From assembly GCF_006345805.1 (NCBI RefSeq), contig NC_043021.1, forward strand, positions 22,134,001 to 22,198,000: 64,000 nt of DNA, in the 5' to 3' direction. Positions 38,525 to 52,019 of the stretch are shown here, piece after piece. The notes beneath the pieces are model-generated. The model searched no databases and was not told the origin of the DNA. It saw nothing but the letters and a program-made list of their open reading frames with translations. Within the stretch, counting starts at the first letter, position 1; each line of letters opens with the position of its first letter. The DNA comes from Octopus sinensis. Taxonomy: Eukaryota. The translations under genes were made by a program, and so were the position numbers.

Positions 38525-38731
38525 ATACATATATACATATATATATATATAATATATATATATATATATAAAGAGAGAGAGATACATCCATATATACATA
38601 TATATGTATATACATACATATAATACATATATATGTATATACATACATACATATATACATATATATACATGCATATATATATATATATATATATAATATA
38701 TATATATATATTATATATATATATACATACA

Positions 38732-38900
38732 TGAGGTCTTATCAATAAGTATATGGACAGTTGTCATAGTAACAATGCTAAAGCACACAGGGTAAAACCG
38801 TTTGATACAGATTGACCTTGACCTCAGTTGTGCATGCGCACGGAGTTTTAACGTTCCTGAATCCACTTCTGTTGTTTACAGCAGTGCTTTGAAGGAAGGT
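38732..38900 (+). mobile_element. Mariner-like 5' terminal fragment
   Basis: gaggtcttatcaataagta terminus next to TA. No coding sequence. Confidence 0.45.
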
Positions 38901-38904
38901 TCAC

Positions 38905-39185
38905 TTCAACATTTAAATTTAATTTTGTGTCAAAATATTTTCGTCGCTGTGAAACCACAACAAAACAGGCCGTCGCTTTGATACGTTTGTGATGCAGCAC
39001 GAAGTATTTTTCAGTGAACATGGCGCGGCTTCAAAGCGACGAAAATATTTCGACACAAATTAAATTTAAATGTTGAAATGAATCTAACGTTTTTTTTTTG
39101 TATGTTCTCAAATGCCTTACAAACATCTTCTACGCAGCAATTATTTTTGGTTCATCACAAGATCTCAGATCATGTCACTTGCAAT
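38905..39185. repeat. Unclassified repeat with ~49-bp inverted arms (38905-38953 / 39030-39077)
   Basis: The right arm and downstream sequence recur at 25783-25985. Confidence 0.7.
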
Positions 39186-39202
39186 GCAAGTATATATATA
39201 TA

Positions 39203-39369
39203 TAGGCGCAGGAGTGGCTGTGTGGTAAGTAGCTTGCTTACCAACCACATGGTTCCGGGTTCAGTCCCACTGCGTAGCATCTTGGGCAAGTGTCTTCTGC
39301 TATAGACCCGGGCCGACCAATGCCTTATGAATGGATTTGGTAGACGGAAACTGAAAGAAGCCTGTCGTA

Positions 39370-39403
<34 letters not shown>

Positions 39404-39650
39404 GTGTGTGGTGTGTGGTGTGTGTGTGTGTGTGTGTTGTGTGTCTGTGTTTGTCCCCCTAGCATTGCTTGACAACCGATGCTGATGTGTTTACGTCCCC
39501 GTAACTTAGCGGTCGGCAAAAGAGACCGATAGAATAAGTACTGGGCTTACAAAGAATAAGTCCCGGGGTCGATTTGCTCGACTAAAGGCGGTGCTCCAGC
39601 ATGGCCGCAGTCAAATGACTGAAACAAGTAAAAGAGTAAAGAGAGAGTAT
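39203..39650 (+). mobile_element. SINE family 1 (young)
   Basis: Full structure with CpGs retained. Confidence 0.9.
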
Positions 39651-39657
39651 ATCCCCG

Positions 39658-39695
<38 letters not shown>

Positions 39696-40620
39696 CAGGG
39701 GTGTGCACTCTCAGGTATGCAAGGCTTGCATACAAATCATAAGAAAATTAGATAAAATAGTTACTTCTTGAGTTTGCCAGCTGAAATGTTGGAATAACCT
39801 GGCGGTAAGTTTGAATATTTTTACCCAAAACATCTGTTTGCACTATTATATTTTCGTAGAGTCCTGAAAACAAAAATATAATCTATATTATATTTCTTAT
39901 TTGAGAAGTAGCTAATTAATCTTAAATTAATTTAACAAATGTTAGTTTTCCGTTTTGTTGAAATTGACTTACAGTTGACGCTTCCACGTGGTTTCTTATA
40001 TAAGTGCAGCCTTTTTCGAAATGAGTGAAATGTGTGTTATAAACGATATTTTGAGAAATAGTTTTTCGAAAAGAGACTTCGATGGAAAATAATTAATTAT
40101 AAATGGTGGGAGACCAACACCGAATTTACCTATTTTGCGAAGCTACAACAAGAAATTCACGAGACAATTTCAGGTTAATTTGTATGGAAAGAAAAAATGG
40201 TTAACTGGAAGTGTTGCTTTTAATAAATTATTCTGTTGGCCGTGTTTACGTTTTTGCTTAGAAAGGAATGTTTGGAATGATAAAGGCTATGATGATTTAA
40301 ATAATTTACATATGGCTATGCTAAAGCACGAGTGTTCTCATAAAATCTTCGATAGATCTTAAAATATTCGGGAATGTTCTCGTAGACTTACAATTAGATT
40401 CATGTAAAAATCAAAGCATACAACATTATAATGAGAAAGTTAGATGAAACAGATCCATTCTGCAACGATTGATCGATGTTGTGTTTTTTAGGCCTCCAGG
40501 AATTATCGTTTCAGGGTCATTTTGAATTTGAAGGCTCTAATAATCGTGGAAATTATAAAGAACTCGTATATTTAATCAGTAAATATGACAAAAAAAGCTT
40601 ATCTGAAATAACGTTTATAT
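39696..40620 (+). mobile_element. hAT (ZMYM1 / Tip100-like) transposon 5' half, decayed
   Basis: CAGGGGTGTGCAC terminus. KKWLTGSVAFNKLFCWPCL...W...GYDDLNNL...KHECSH (TTF-like zinc finger) and LSFQGHFE..GSNNRGNYKELV.LI (DUF4371-like). Confidence 0.85.
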
Positions 40621-40966
40621 ATTTGTATATTCTACGAAACTTTGAAAATTATTTCATACGATTCTTTAACCGTTTTCCTCAAAATAGAATACGTCATTTA
40701 AAAAATTTTTTCTTTGACCTTAGTTCCTATTTTGATATAGTCTTCAGTTACCGAATAACGTCATTAAAATAATTAACTTGCTAATTTTGCTATCAAACGA
40801 TTAATAATTTCCATCCATTGTCCTAACATCAAGTATCATTTATCAAGCATTATATTTTGGAGACTTAACAAAGCAGAGTACTATAACCGTGGATGGGTGT
40901 CTAAGGTCAATGTTGATGTCTACGATTAAGTGGCCGTGGGGTTACACACACACATATATGTATATA

Positions 40967-41143
40967 GAGTAAAGATTATTTGCCAACATAATGTGACAGT
41001 CCTGATTAGGACGAATGTTACAGTTACCAAGTGTTTACTGAAAACATGGTCTCCAACTGGAAACGATGTTTTCTGGGGCTATATAACAGTAACATTCGTC
41101 CTAATCAGGATTGCCACATTATGTTGACAAATATTCTTTACTC
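40967..41143. mobile_element. MITE-like element with ~60-bp TIRs and GAG...CTC ends
   Basis: 40967-41025 is the reverse complement of 41085-41143 with about 4 mismatches. Confidence 0.75.
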
Positions 41144-41243
41144 AAGAATGTTTCTAGTTCAAGGTTATAGTTCAAGAAATAATAATTTATATATTTATAT
41201 TTATATATATACATAAATTTAATTCTTTAATGCATTCCAGCCC

Positions 41244-41330
<87 letters not shown>

Positions 41331-41478
41331 ACGAAATGGATAAATGAATTATCTTGTTACGGATTATTCAAAATTTAACCGATACCTGTGTAGCAAAAAT
41401 CACACCAGAAAAGACACGGTTGAGGTTACGACCATGGGGTTTCGCCCCCGTGCTTTAGCGTGGATAATTGAAGTTTTA

Positions 41479-42337
41479 TATATTTAGTGAAGGGAAGAAA
41501 TGGAGCCGAACGAAGATTCCTTTTTATTATTTTCTACACATGTTTCAAAGGCTGCAAATTCCCAAATTCGGATTGAATAAGGAGACCATTCTGCAGCTTT
41601 CTCTTCAGGAAAATCCAGGAATTTAAATTCTCAAAACAAATGCGCAGCAAGCTTTTCGAACAAAACGCTCCCTAGGAGCCCATGGTAAAAATTGCACAAA
41701 ACTGTCTCTCAATATGCGCTGACGTCAGAGTGGGTGAAGGCCGACGAAAAAATCCGTTGGAATAAACCTAGGTCAAACCACGGTCAAATCAGGTAGGGGA
41801 AGAATCACAGAAAACCCAAAGAGTGTGAATATATTCTGTATAACTAGTGTTAATGTTCAAATTGTTTTAAGAATGACAGCAACCTTATTTGGGTGTGAAG
41901 AACTACCTACGTGTATGTGTGTGTGTATGCGCCATACACACACAATTTGAATATTAACACTAGTTATACAGAATACATTCACACTCTTTGGGTTTTCTGT
42001 GATTCTTCCCCTACCTGATTTGACCGTGGTTTGACCTAGGTTTATTCCAACGGATTGTTTCGTCGGCCTCCACCCACTCTGACGTCAGCGCATATTGAGA
42101 GACAGTTTTGTGCCATTTTTACCATGGGCTCCTAGGGAGCGTTTTGTTCGAAAAGCTTGCTGCGTATTTGTTTTGAGAATTTAAATTCCTGGATTTTCCT
42201 GAAGAGAAAGCTGCAGAATGGTCTCCGTATTCAATCCGAATTTGGGAATTTGCAGCCTTTAAACATGTGTAGAAAATAATAAAAAGGAATTTTATAGAAT
42301 CTTCGTTCCGCTCCATTTCTTCCCTTCACTAAATATA
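41479..42337. mobile_element. Foldback element with ~390-bp inverted arms and 76-bp spacer
   Basis: Arms 41479-41865 and 41942-42337 differ by 8 substitutions and 2 indels (hand count). Confidence 0.9.
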
Positions 42338-42360
42338 TATATATATATAATACATATATA

Positions 42361-42419
<59 letters not shown>

Positions 42420-42472
42420 TATACATATATATATATATCACTAAATATATATATATATATATATACATATAT

Positions 42473-42512
<40 letters not shown>

Positions 42513-42596
42513 CAAATATATATATATATACATACGTATACCTACATATAAATATGTATATGTAAGTACGTATTTATACATACATACATACATACA

Positions 42597-42675
<79 letters not shown>

Positions 42676-42825
42676 CCGGCCGAGACTACAAAGACGATCT
42701 GGAACTCGACTGAGGATAGGGAGTTCCGAATGACCCGTCCTTTGTTTTTCCTGTCCTTTTTTGTATCGTCTGTCAGAATGTTTTGTTGTCGCCTGTTAAA
42801 TTCTTGGTCCATTTTTTGTTTTCTT

Positions 42826-42875
<50 letters not shown>

Positions 42876-43089
42876 TTTGTGCTTGTGTTTTATCCCACCC
42901 CCACTGCATGATAACCGAAGTTGGTTTGTAACAATCCTCTAACATCCTAGCTCGGCAAATGAAGTCCGATCGAGAAAGTACCAGACTGAACAAATCAGTA
43001 ACGTGCTCGAGATTTTCGACTTGAAAGCCCTTCGAGGCAGTGTTCCAAAATGGCAGCACTCCAGTAAGTGGAATTAGTAGAAATAGACA

Positions 43090-43471
43090 TATGTATGTGC
43101 GTATGTATGTACGTATGTATGTATGTATGTATGTATGTATGTATGTATGTATGTATGTATGTATGTATGTATGTATGTATGTGTATATGTATATATGTAT
43201 GCGTGTATGTATGTGTGTGTGTATGTATGTATGTATGTGTGTGTGTATGTATGTATATATATGTATGTATGTGTGTGTATGTATGTATGTATCTATGTAT
43301 GTATGTATGTATGTGTGTGTGTGTATGTATGTATGTATGTATGTGTGTATGTATGTGTGTGTATGTACGTATGTATGTATGTATGTGTGTGTATGTATGT
43401 ATGTATGTATGTGTGTGTGTATGTATGTATGTGTGTGTGTATGTATATATGTATGTATGTATGTGTGTATG

Positions 43472-43503
<32 letters not shown>

Positions 43504-43592
43504 TGTACATGTATGTATGTATGTGTGTATGTATGTATTTATGTATGTGTGTGTGTATGTATGTATGTGTGTATGTGTGTGTATGTATGTAC

Positions 43593-43623
<31 letters not shown>

Positions 43624-43627
43624 TGTA
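43090..43627. repeat. (TATG)n/(TG)n microsatellite, about 540 bp
   Basis: Directly visible in the sequence. Confidence 0.95.
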
Positions 43628-43971
43628 TCTGTGTGAGTTTCTGCTTGTGTGGAGAGGGGGAGGATGATGGGTTTTTTCTGCCTCCATCCACCGAAGTCAT
43701 CTCCTATCGCTACAGTAAAAGACACCCGTGACGTCACGGGTACGTATATTTCCCTGTATGCGCACATATATTTTACGTAGGTATATAGGCTTGTAATAAA
43801 TGTACTTATAAATACCCATAAGTATCAAGATTTTCTCTCTTTACATATGTCTGTCTGTAGGTAGATACCTACACATGTGTGTGTGTGTATATGTGTGAGT
43901 ATATATCTGTTTCTGCACATACTAATAGGTACGTATTCTTTTCGCCTTGATGTATGTATACGTGTGTATGT

Positions 43972-44059
<88 letters not shown>

Positions 44060-44070
44060 GTATGTATGTA

Positions 44071-44109
<39 letters not shown>

Positions 44110-44115
44110 ACATAT

Positions 44116-44148
<33 letters not shown>

Positions 44149-44319
44149 CATGTATATGCAAATATATATATGTATGTATAATGCGGAAATATATATATAT
44201 ATATATACACATGATTCTATCTATCCATATCTATCTTTATATATATATATATAATTATACATGTATGTGCAATTATATATATCTAAGTATAATGCGGAAT
44301 ATATATATACATATATATA

Positions 44320-44363
<44 letters not shown>

Positions 44364-45311
44364 TTCAGTTAAGCACACATAAGTATATACATATATATAT
44401 ACATATATGAGGATGATGATGATGAGTCTAGCGTATTCGTTTATGTACGTGAGAGTGTTAAAACGAGTTCTTGCAGACGTCCAGAAATCTGTCTCTGTTG
44501 TCTTTGATGTCTCTTTAACTTAGTTGTCTTATCTAGATTATGTATGTACTAAATTTAGCGTTCAACTTTCATAAACCCATTAGTACCGATATAGACTGAA
44601 TGATAGTCTAGAATATTATCTAGAGAGCTCTCTATGACTTTGTCCTAATTCTCCGAACGGTCAGCAAAAAAAAAAAAGAAATTCTTACATAGAATTTCTT
44701 TATTATTTTTATTTCATCCTATGCTTAAGCGGTGATCTGACAGAGTCGTTAGCACCCTGGACGAAATGCATAGCCGTGTTTCGTCCGTCGCTACGTTCTT
44801 ATTTCACATACCACCGGTGTCGACTTTGCTTTGCACCCTTTCGGTGTTGATTAATTAAATACCATTGAAACACTGGGGTCGATGTAAACGACTATTCCCC
44901 TCACCACAAATTTCAGGCCTTATGCCCATCTTAGGAAAGATTAATGTTTTTTTTAATGTCCGTATTATATCGTCGTTCTCTTTCCTTCACTTTTTATTTT
45001 TCTTCAGTTCTTATCTTCCCTTGGATTTTCATCCCATATAATTTCGTAATCCGAATTTTGCGATCCGTAGAAATATAATTATGTGTACTTATAATTCAAA
45101 AAGATTAAATCATCTGAGGCCTTCCCCGTGCCATAGTCTCAGAAGGCCGGTTTCCCGGGTTTTGTGGCGATTGTATACCCTTCCTAGATTGTTGGTTATG
45201 CGTTCATATTTAGGAGTGTTCTGAATTTTTTTTATAAATAAATTTTCCCTATTTAGAAGTTCTTGTACAGAAACTGTTTTTTTGCATTGATATATGTACA
45301 CACACACACAC

Positions 45312-45369
<58 letters not shown>

Positions 45370-45543
45370 GTGTGTGTGTGTGTGTGCGTGTGTGTGTGTG
45401 TGTTGTGTGTGTGTGTGTGTTAGAAAGTTTGGCGATGATGTACAGGTATTACATATTAAAAGAAATGAGGTACTCAGAAATGATTTTATATTTACAGATA
45501 TTTATTAGTATGTTACATGTTTTTATACATCATATATCGTATA

Positions 45544-45605
45544 TTAGTGCTTTCGTCCATTCTAGTGGAGTCTTCAAATTGAACTGTTCAAGTTGAAGAC
45601 TCCAC
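45544..45605 (-). ncRNA. Degenerate hammerhead (same family as 1811-1850) with an inverted duplication of its 5' part
   Basis: TTGAAGA CTCCA CTAGAA TGGA C GAAAGCAC. Flank 45455-45560 is homologous to 1722-1830. 41-bp hairpin at 45565-45605. Confidence 0.5.
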
Positions 45606-47033
45606 GGAAAACTGAAAAAAGAAAGACACAAAAGACAGGGACACGCTTATCCCTCATCTGTTATAGAACAATTTCGCACCGTTTTTGCAGTTTTGGTCCT
45701 TCGTATAGATGTTTACATAGTATTATGTGTATATTGTTTAAATAATTTTAGCGCAGTCGGATGGAGGATGCCCGAGATCCTAGAAGACACACAGACAGAC
45801 AGAGAGAACGGATTTCATATGCGTGTTTGTGTGTGTGTGTCATATGGTTATATAATTTTTCAACAAGCAATTATGTAATTCTTACACTTAATTCTCCGAA
45901 ACGCATGTATGTTTATAAAGCATAGAATGCCAAATATGCTGTCTGCATATTATATATATATAAATTGAGAGGAAGACAGCTACACAGAAACACACACATA
46001 TACATGTATATGTGCGTGTATATGTACGTGTACACATGATTTAGTCTTTTTGTGTATATATAGAACGATGTCATCCAATTTGTTCTCTCCTAACTTTTAA
46101 TTTAAGATCAAAATGTTAAATTAGTAAAATGCGAAATAGAAATTTAAAAAAACAAAATTAATGAAATAAGTTTTAAAACATTTACAAGAAATATTATCGA
46201 AATAAATTCAGAGGGAAATAACTTTAAGGCATTTAGTAACTTTTAAACATTTATAAAACAAATCAAAATGGAGATAGTGCGTTCATTTGTTCGCGTTGCT
46301 ATGCGTGAATATTATTTCCTTCATTTCTGTAAAATTATAATTGCTAGACTGGCGGGCGGAAATGAAAAAGAAGTGAATCTAACTTTTAAGATGGAGACAG
46401 GAAGTTGGCGAGGTGGTGGCCGCAGTGAATGAGAGCTTTATAAAGAAAGCTGTGAATTTTGATCAAAGATGTCGTCTAAAATGAACATTGAATGCAACAT
46501 TTTAATTAAAATATATTAAAGTTTGAAGTTTAAAGACGTTGCTATCAGTATAGAATAACATGAATAGTTGTTGAGATTTTAAGTTACATATATGGCTACA
46601 CATACACTAGGATCGTTATACATCACATATGCAAATCTAAAATTGAGGGAGTGAGAAGTAATTAATATCATTTTCTTTTTCTTCTTTTAATTTTTAACAA
46701 TTATGTCACCGGTTGCATGTATCTAATGTTTCAATAACTGCCTCAGTTCAAGAGCCGTAAGGAGAGTGTAAGGGATATCTAGGCAGAATGACTATCATAA
46801 TCTTTAATAGAAGCAGGCGTGGGTGTGTGGTAAGAAGCTTTTACCCCAAGGCCGCGAGCTGGCAGAAACGTTAGCACGCCGGGTGAAAGTACGTTCATTT
46901 CTTCGCGTTGCTCTGCGTCAATATCCACTTTCATGGTAATTTAATGCGGGGGTGACCGAATTCAGTTGACACAATTACTGATTCCTCACCGTTGACACCG
47001 ATGGATATCATTTACGTATTTGCTCATCAACAG

Positions 47034-47757
47034 CAGTGTTTCTCAACCATTTTTTGTTATCTGTGGATCCCTTTGTCTACCATTTTATGCTGCTGGACCC
47101 CTTACCAATTCTATGTTTTTAAATGTACTTCTTATTTCTTTATTGCACTCAAGGGGCTAAACATAGAGGGGACAAACAAGGAGGTTTTTTTAAATGTACT
47201 TCTATAGATGTTTGTTCCTTCTTGAGCCACGCCTGGCTCATAGGGGCCGGTTTCCCGGTTTCCTTGGCGTATAGGTTCCCCACCTGGACGGGACGCCGGT
47301 CCGTCGCAGGTGAGCTGCAAGATGCAAGAAGAAAGAGTGAGAGAAAGTTGTGGTGAAAGAGTCAGCAGAAGTTCGTCGCCATTACCGTCTGCCGGAGCCG
47401 CGTGGAGCTTAGGTGTTTTCACTCATAAACACACACATCGCCCGTTCTGAGATTCGAGCCCGCGATCCCTCGACCGCTAGTCCGCTGCTCTAACCACTAG
47501 GCCATGTGCCTCCACACTTCTATAGATACTTCTTTCAAAATTCCTATTTTCTTTTTCCCATGTTAACTTGCATAGATTTGCAAGATACACATTGAACTCT
47601 GTTAAGCGGCAGAGAAAAAAATCTAGATGTTTCTTTCAATAAATACACCTAAAGCAAAACTTTTCAAGAACCCTCAAAATAATACTGTGGACCCCAAATT
47701 ACTATTTTGCTTGCGTGGACTCCCAGGGGCCATATGGACCCTGATTGAGGACCACTG
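47034..47757. mobile_element. hAT (Charlie-like) MITE containing nested SINEs
   Basis: TIRs CAGTGTTTCTCAACC and GATTGAGGACCACTG. 8-bp TSD atcaacag / atctacag. Confidence 0.75.
47210..47515 (-). mobile_element. SINE family 3 with 12-bp TSD
   Basis: acttctatagat at 47198-47209 and 47516-47527. Confidence 0.92.
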
Positions 47758-48735
47758 ATCTACAGGAAGTTGAGGGTTTCTAATATAAGCACAATACGTG
47801 AAATTTTAGGGGAGAAATTTTAGTCGATACCATTTACCCCAGTAGTAAACTGGTACTTTATTTTTTCGAGCTTGGGGGGATTTAACCTCAGTGAAATTTG
47901 AACACTGGACGTAAGAAACCGGACGCAATGCCGCTAAGCTTCTTCATCGATGCGCCAACGATTCTTCCAGCTTGCCGCCTCCATCTGCTGCAATATAATG
48001 AAGGAATCTACGTAAGTCCGTGGGATTTTCTGAATGTAACGCCTAGTCGACTCCAGTCCACTCAGCTGGCAAAAATGAGTAACGCTGCGATGGACTGGGG
48101 AACACATACGCCATAGAAACCGGGCCCATGTGCCTGGATAGGCTTTAAAAGGGCGCATTTATTATTATCTAACGATGTCTCATGCGGCTCGCTTCTCGAA
48201 GAAAGGCTGCCCATGCCTGCTCTACGTCATCACTCAACTTGCTAGAAATAGCAACAAAATCTCCCTGAAACCACATCCTACTATGTTAACAATTATTGGA
48301 TAGTGTAAAAAATATGACACGATAGTCGTGGCTGGATTGCCTTTTATCATTACGCTCATTCGTGGCTAATCACGAAACACTGGTGGTTGAATCTCCGTTT
48401 GGTCGAAAGGTAAAACGTTTTTAGATGACAACCAGATACCAGAAATATAGGCCGAAAATGTATAAATGCCGCGAGATTGTTTTTAAATTTCTATTTTGAC
48501 ATAAACATTAGTTATTTTCGGTAACTGAAATTCGATTTACTAATTCCTATCTTTTATATGTTACCTGTTTCTGTCAAGTTTCCGCACCGTTACTGTCTAC
48601 CCAACTCCGTTTATTGTTGGCCCGGTTCTATAGAAGATACTTGCCCGTGGTACTTGCACAACAGGACTGAACTACGAAAGATAGGCTCGCCATAGCTTGC
48701 ACGTCTGCACAAAAATGAAAACTACAGTTAGAGCG

Positions 48736-48794
<59 letters not shown>

Positions 48795-48811
48795 TAATAA
48801 TATTAATAATA

Positions 48812-49364
48812 GCCCTGATGCCGTACCAGGCAGTGGCTCTCATGGCTTCTGATCTTAACTGATTGGAAGTGTTATCATGTACATTGTTTTGTCTTGGTAT
48901 AAAAGATGGGCTACAGCAAATATTCTGCTCAATACCACAGATTTGCTTGTCAGTTGTTTGACCTTAACCAGTTGAGCATGTCCCTTAGTGGCTGACGATA
49001 TGTGCATCTCTGATCACAAGCAGAAGTAGTGGGGGAGAATCATAGCCATGTGTTGAGAGGGATTCTTTGGGGTTTGGATAATTCACCACTGAAACATGGG
49101 TGTTTCGTTCAACATTCTTAAATACTCCTTATTCAGGGACCTTTTGAGCAGGGTGGGCTACTCGACCTGAAGAAAATTCTAACTGGGCTCCACCTGAAAG
49201 ATCATGCGCCGTTTATCTTGATGTGAGATCACCCTGTCACGCACATATGGTTGTGATGCATGTGCCTGGTGTACCCTTATCAGACGGGTAGTCATGATGA
49301 GTATATTAGACTTCGTATATTTTACCCCATTCTCACTTTGATGGCATGCGCTGCTCTCTCACTC
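48812..49364. mobile_element. ~550-bp interspersed element embedded in (TAA)n
   Basis: Sharp-edged complex sequence with (aat)n on both sides, no ORF. I recall it as a high-copy Octopus repeat. Confidence 0.6.
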
Positions 49365-49914
49365 AATAATAATAATGATGATAAAGAAAGAACGATAAAC
49401 GTCTTTCGAAGGATTTGAACACATGACTTGAAATTTAAACACTAAATGCTGTGAGTTATTTATTCCCAACTCATATGCACCCTTCCTTTACCCGATCCGT
49501 CATTAACCTGAGACTAGATAACGAACAGAATGTGTGATACGTTGATGTGCTGGCTGGTGGCTATTCCGATAATAAACGCTGAATAGAATTTGTAAACGGC
49601 GAATGAAAAAAATACACATATATAGAATATATAGATACATACATATTCTTACACAGGAAGTGTGGTCCTCTCTCTCGCGCGCATGCTCTACCTCTCTCTC
49701 TCTCCCCCTCTCTCTCTCTCTCTCCGTATATATGTTTGTGTATGTGTGTGTGTATATATACAATAAATATATACAATACATACATATATATATATATATG
49801 TATTGTATATATATTAATGTATGTATGTATTCTTTTACTTGTTTCAGTCATTTGACTCCGGCCATGCTGGAGCACCGCCTTTAGTCGAAGAACTCAACCC
49901 CAAGACTTACAATA

Positions 49915-49983
49915 GCCCAGGGCCGACCAAAGCCTTGTGAGTGGATTTGGTAGACGGAAACTGAAAGAATCCCATCGTATATA

Positions 49984-50037
<54 letters not shown>

Positions 50038-50285
50038 TATATACGTTTATATGTATGTGTGTGAGTATATGTTTGTGTGTCTGTGTTTGCACCTCCCCCC
50101 ACATCGCTTGATGACCGATGCTAGTGTGTTTGCGTCCCCGTAACTTAGTGGTCCGCCAAAAGAGACCGATAGAATAAGTAGTAGGCTTACAAAGAATAAG
50201 TCCTGGGGGCGATTTGCTCGAATAAAGGCGGTGCTCCAGCATGGCCAGTCAAATGATTGAAACAAGTAAAAGAGTAAAAGAGTAA
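49915..50285 (+). mobile_element. SINE family 1, 5'-truncated
   Basis: Matches the family from gggccgaccaaagcc onward. Confidence 0.85.
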
Positions 50286-50355
50286 GCAAAGTTGAACGAC
50301 AGCAACCAGTGCTTCAACTGGATAGAAATAGCAGTCATATCTCCTTTATATTATA

Positions 50356-50661
50356 CTAGCAGCATCGCGCGGCGTTACTCGGGTTTGTAAGGGAAATAAC
50401 TATATAAGCATTTTTAGTGAGTTACTTCCCTTATATAACCCGAGCAAAAATCATTAAAAATGCGGAAAAATGATGGTAATTTTTTTTTAAATCGTAGACT
50501 CATTGTAGACGCGCTCTAATACCCTGATGGGCTCGATATGAATCACGACTATAAGATACCCGGCTTTGGTTAAACTGTACCGCAAAATGTGGGAGTAGTT
50601 AGGAATCTAAATCGGAGGAGACAGAGTCTCACACACACAACTTCAATTTTATATATAAAGA
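50356..50661 (-). mobile_element. Complete non-autonomous Helitron
   Basis: Same family as 36060-36363. Confidence 0.85.
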
Positions 50662-51314
50662 TGAGAGAGTTCCATCGGTCATGAATGACGATAGGATTGC
50701 ACCTAGAATGTTATCCTCCGAGGCACAATTACTGGCGAGGTTGTTTATGGAAGACCAGCAATCGCCCATGCATAGCAGCCTCCTTTTGCCCCATCACCCA
50801 TGTTATCCAAGGGAAAGGCAAAATCCGATACAGCGTGGAACCAGTAACTCATTTCTACAGCTGAGTGAACTGGAGCAATAAGTGAAATAAAATGTCTTGC
50901 TCAAGAGCGAAACAGTCCCGGTCTGGAAGTCGAACTCACTACCTCACGATTGTGGGCCTGACGCTCTAGCCACTGAGCTATATTATATAACTTTCCAGTA
51001 TATTCGTCTGTGAGTATGAGTGCGGTCGTGTACATGTTTGCATGTTTGTGCACATATGTGCGCGAGCTCGCGTGCGTGCGAGCGTTTGTGTGTATTTGTG
51101 TTAATGCATATATACCTAATGGCTGTGCCCCAGCATGGCCACAGCTCGGGAGCTGAAACTAGATAAAATAAAATAAAAATAAGCAAAGTTGAACATCAGC
51201 AAACACTGTTTTTTTTAATTTTTATGCCTTTAACCCTCCAACTCGGAGTATAGGCCACTTATAGTTGAATTCCATGTCGCATAATGTTTGGCTTCTGTAC
51301 TTAAACTCTGCCCT

Positions 51315-51730
51315 TTACTCTTTTACTCTTTTACTTGTTTCAGTCATTTGACTGCGGCCATGCTGGAGCACCGCTTTTAGTCGAGCAAATCAACCCCGGG
51401 ACTTATTCTTTGTAAGCCCAGTACTTATTCTATCGGTCTGTTTTGCCGAACCGCTATGTGACGGGGACGTAAACACACCAGCATCGGTTGTCAAGCAATG
51501 CTATGGGGACAAACACAGACACATAAACATATACACACACATACATATATATATATACATATATACGACAGGCTTCTTTCAGTTTCCGTCTACCAAATCC
51601 ACTCACAAGGCATTGGTCGGCCCGGGGCTATAGTAGAAGACATTTGCCCAAGATGCCACGCAGTGGGACTGAACCCAGAACCATGTGGCTGGTTAGCAAG
51701 CTACTTACCACACAGCCACTCCTGCGCCTT
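51315..51730 (-). mobile_element. SINE family 1 (young)
   Basis: Full structure. Confidence 0.9.
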
Positions 51731-51758
51731 TCTCCAATTCATTTTGTGTTGATCTCCG

Positions 51759-52019
51759 TCACGAGATCTTAATCCTACCTCTCCTTCTATATCCATCCGG
51801 TTTCCACTTTAGAGCACTTTTCGCTACATTTGGTGTATCTTTTCTAATTGTGCTACCAATCCACTTCCACTTTTTCTTAAATGTTTGCTCCCTAATCGAA
51901 ACTTGATTTGTTCTTTGCCATAGCTCCATATTGCTTATGTGTTCATGCCATCTAATTTTAAGTATACTACGCAAGCATCTGTTGATGAATGATTGTATTT
52001 GCTTATTTGACTTCATCAT
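51759..52019 (-). pseudogene. RTE-1-like LINE ORF2 C-terminal fragment
   Basis: IQSFINRCLRSILKIRWHEHISNMELWQRTNQ...KKKWKWIGSTIRK...AKSALKWKPDGYRRRGR. Confidence 0.9.

Noticed and set aside
42690-42740. Hammerhead-like CTGAGGA...GAATGAC...GTC (similar at 59195-59230)
   Set aside because: The GAAA core and stem III do not fit the consensus. Probably a related pLTR family, but not supportable as a ribozyme.
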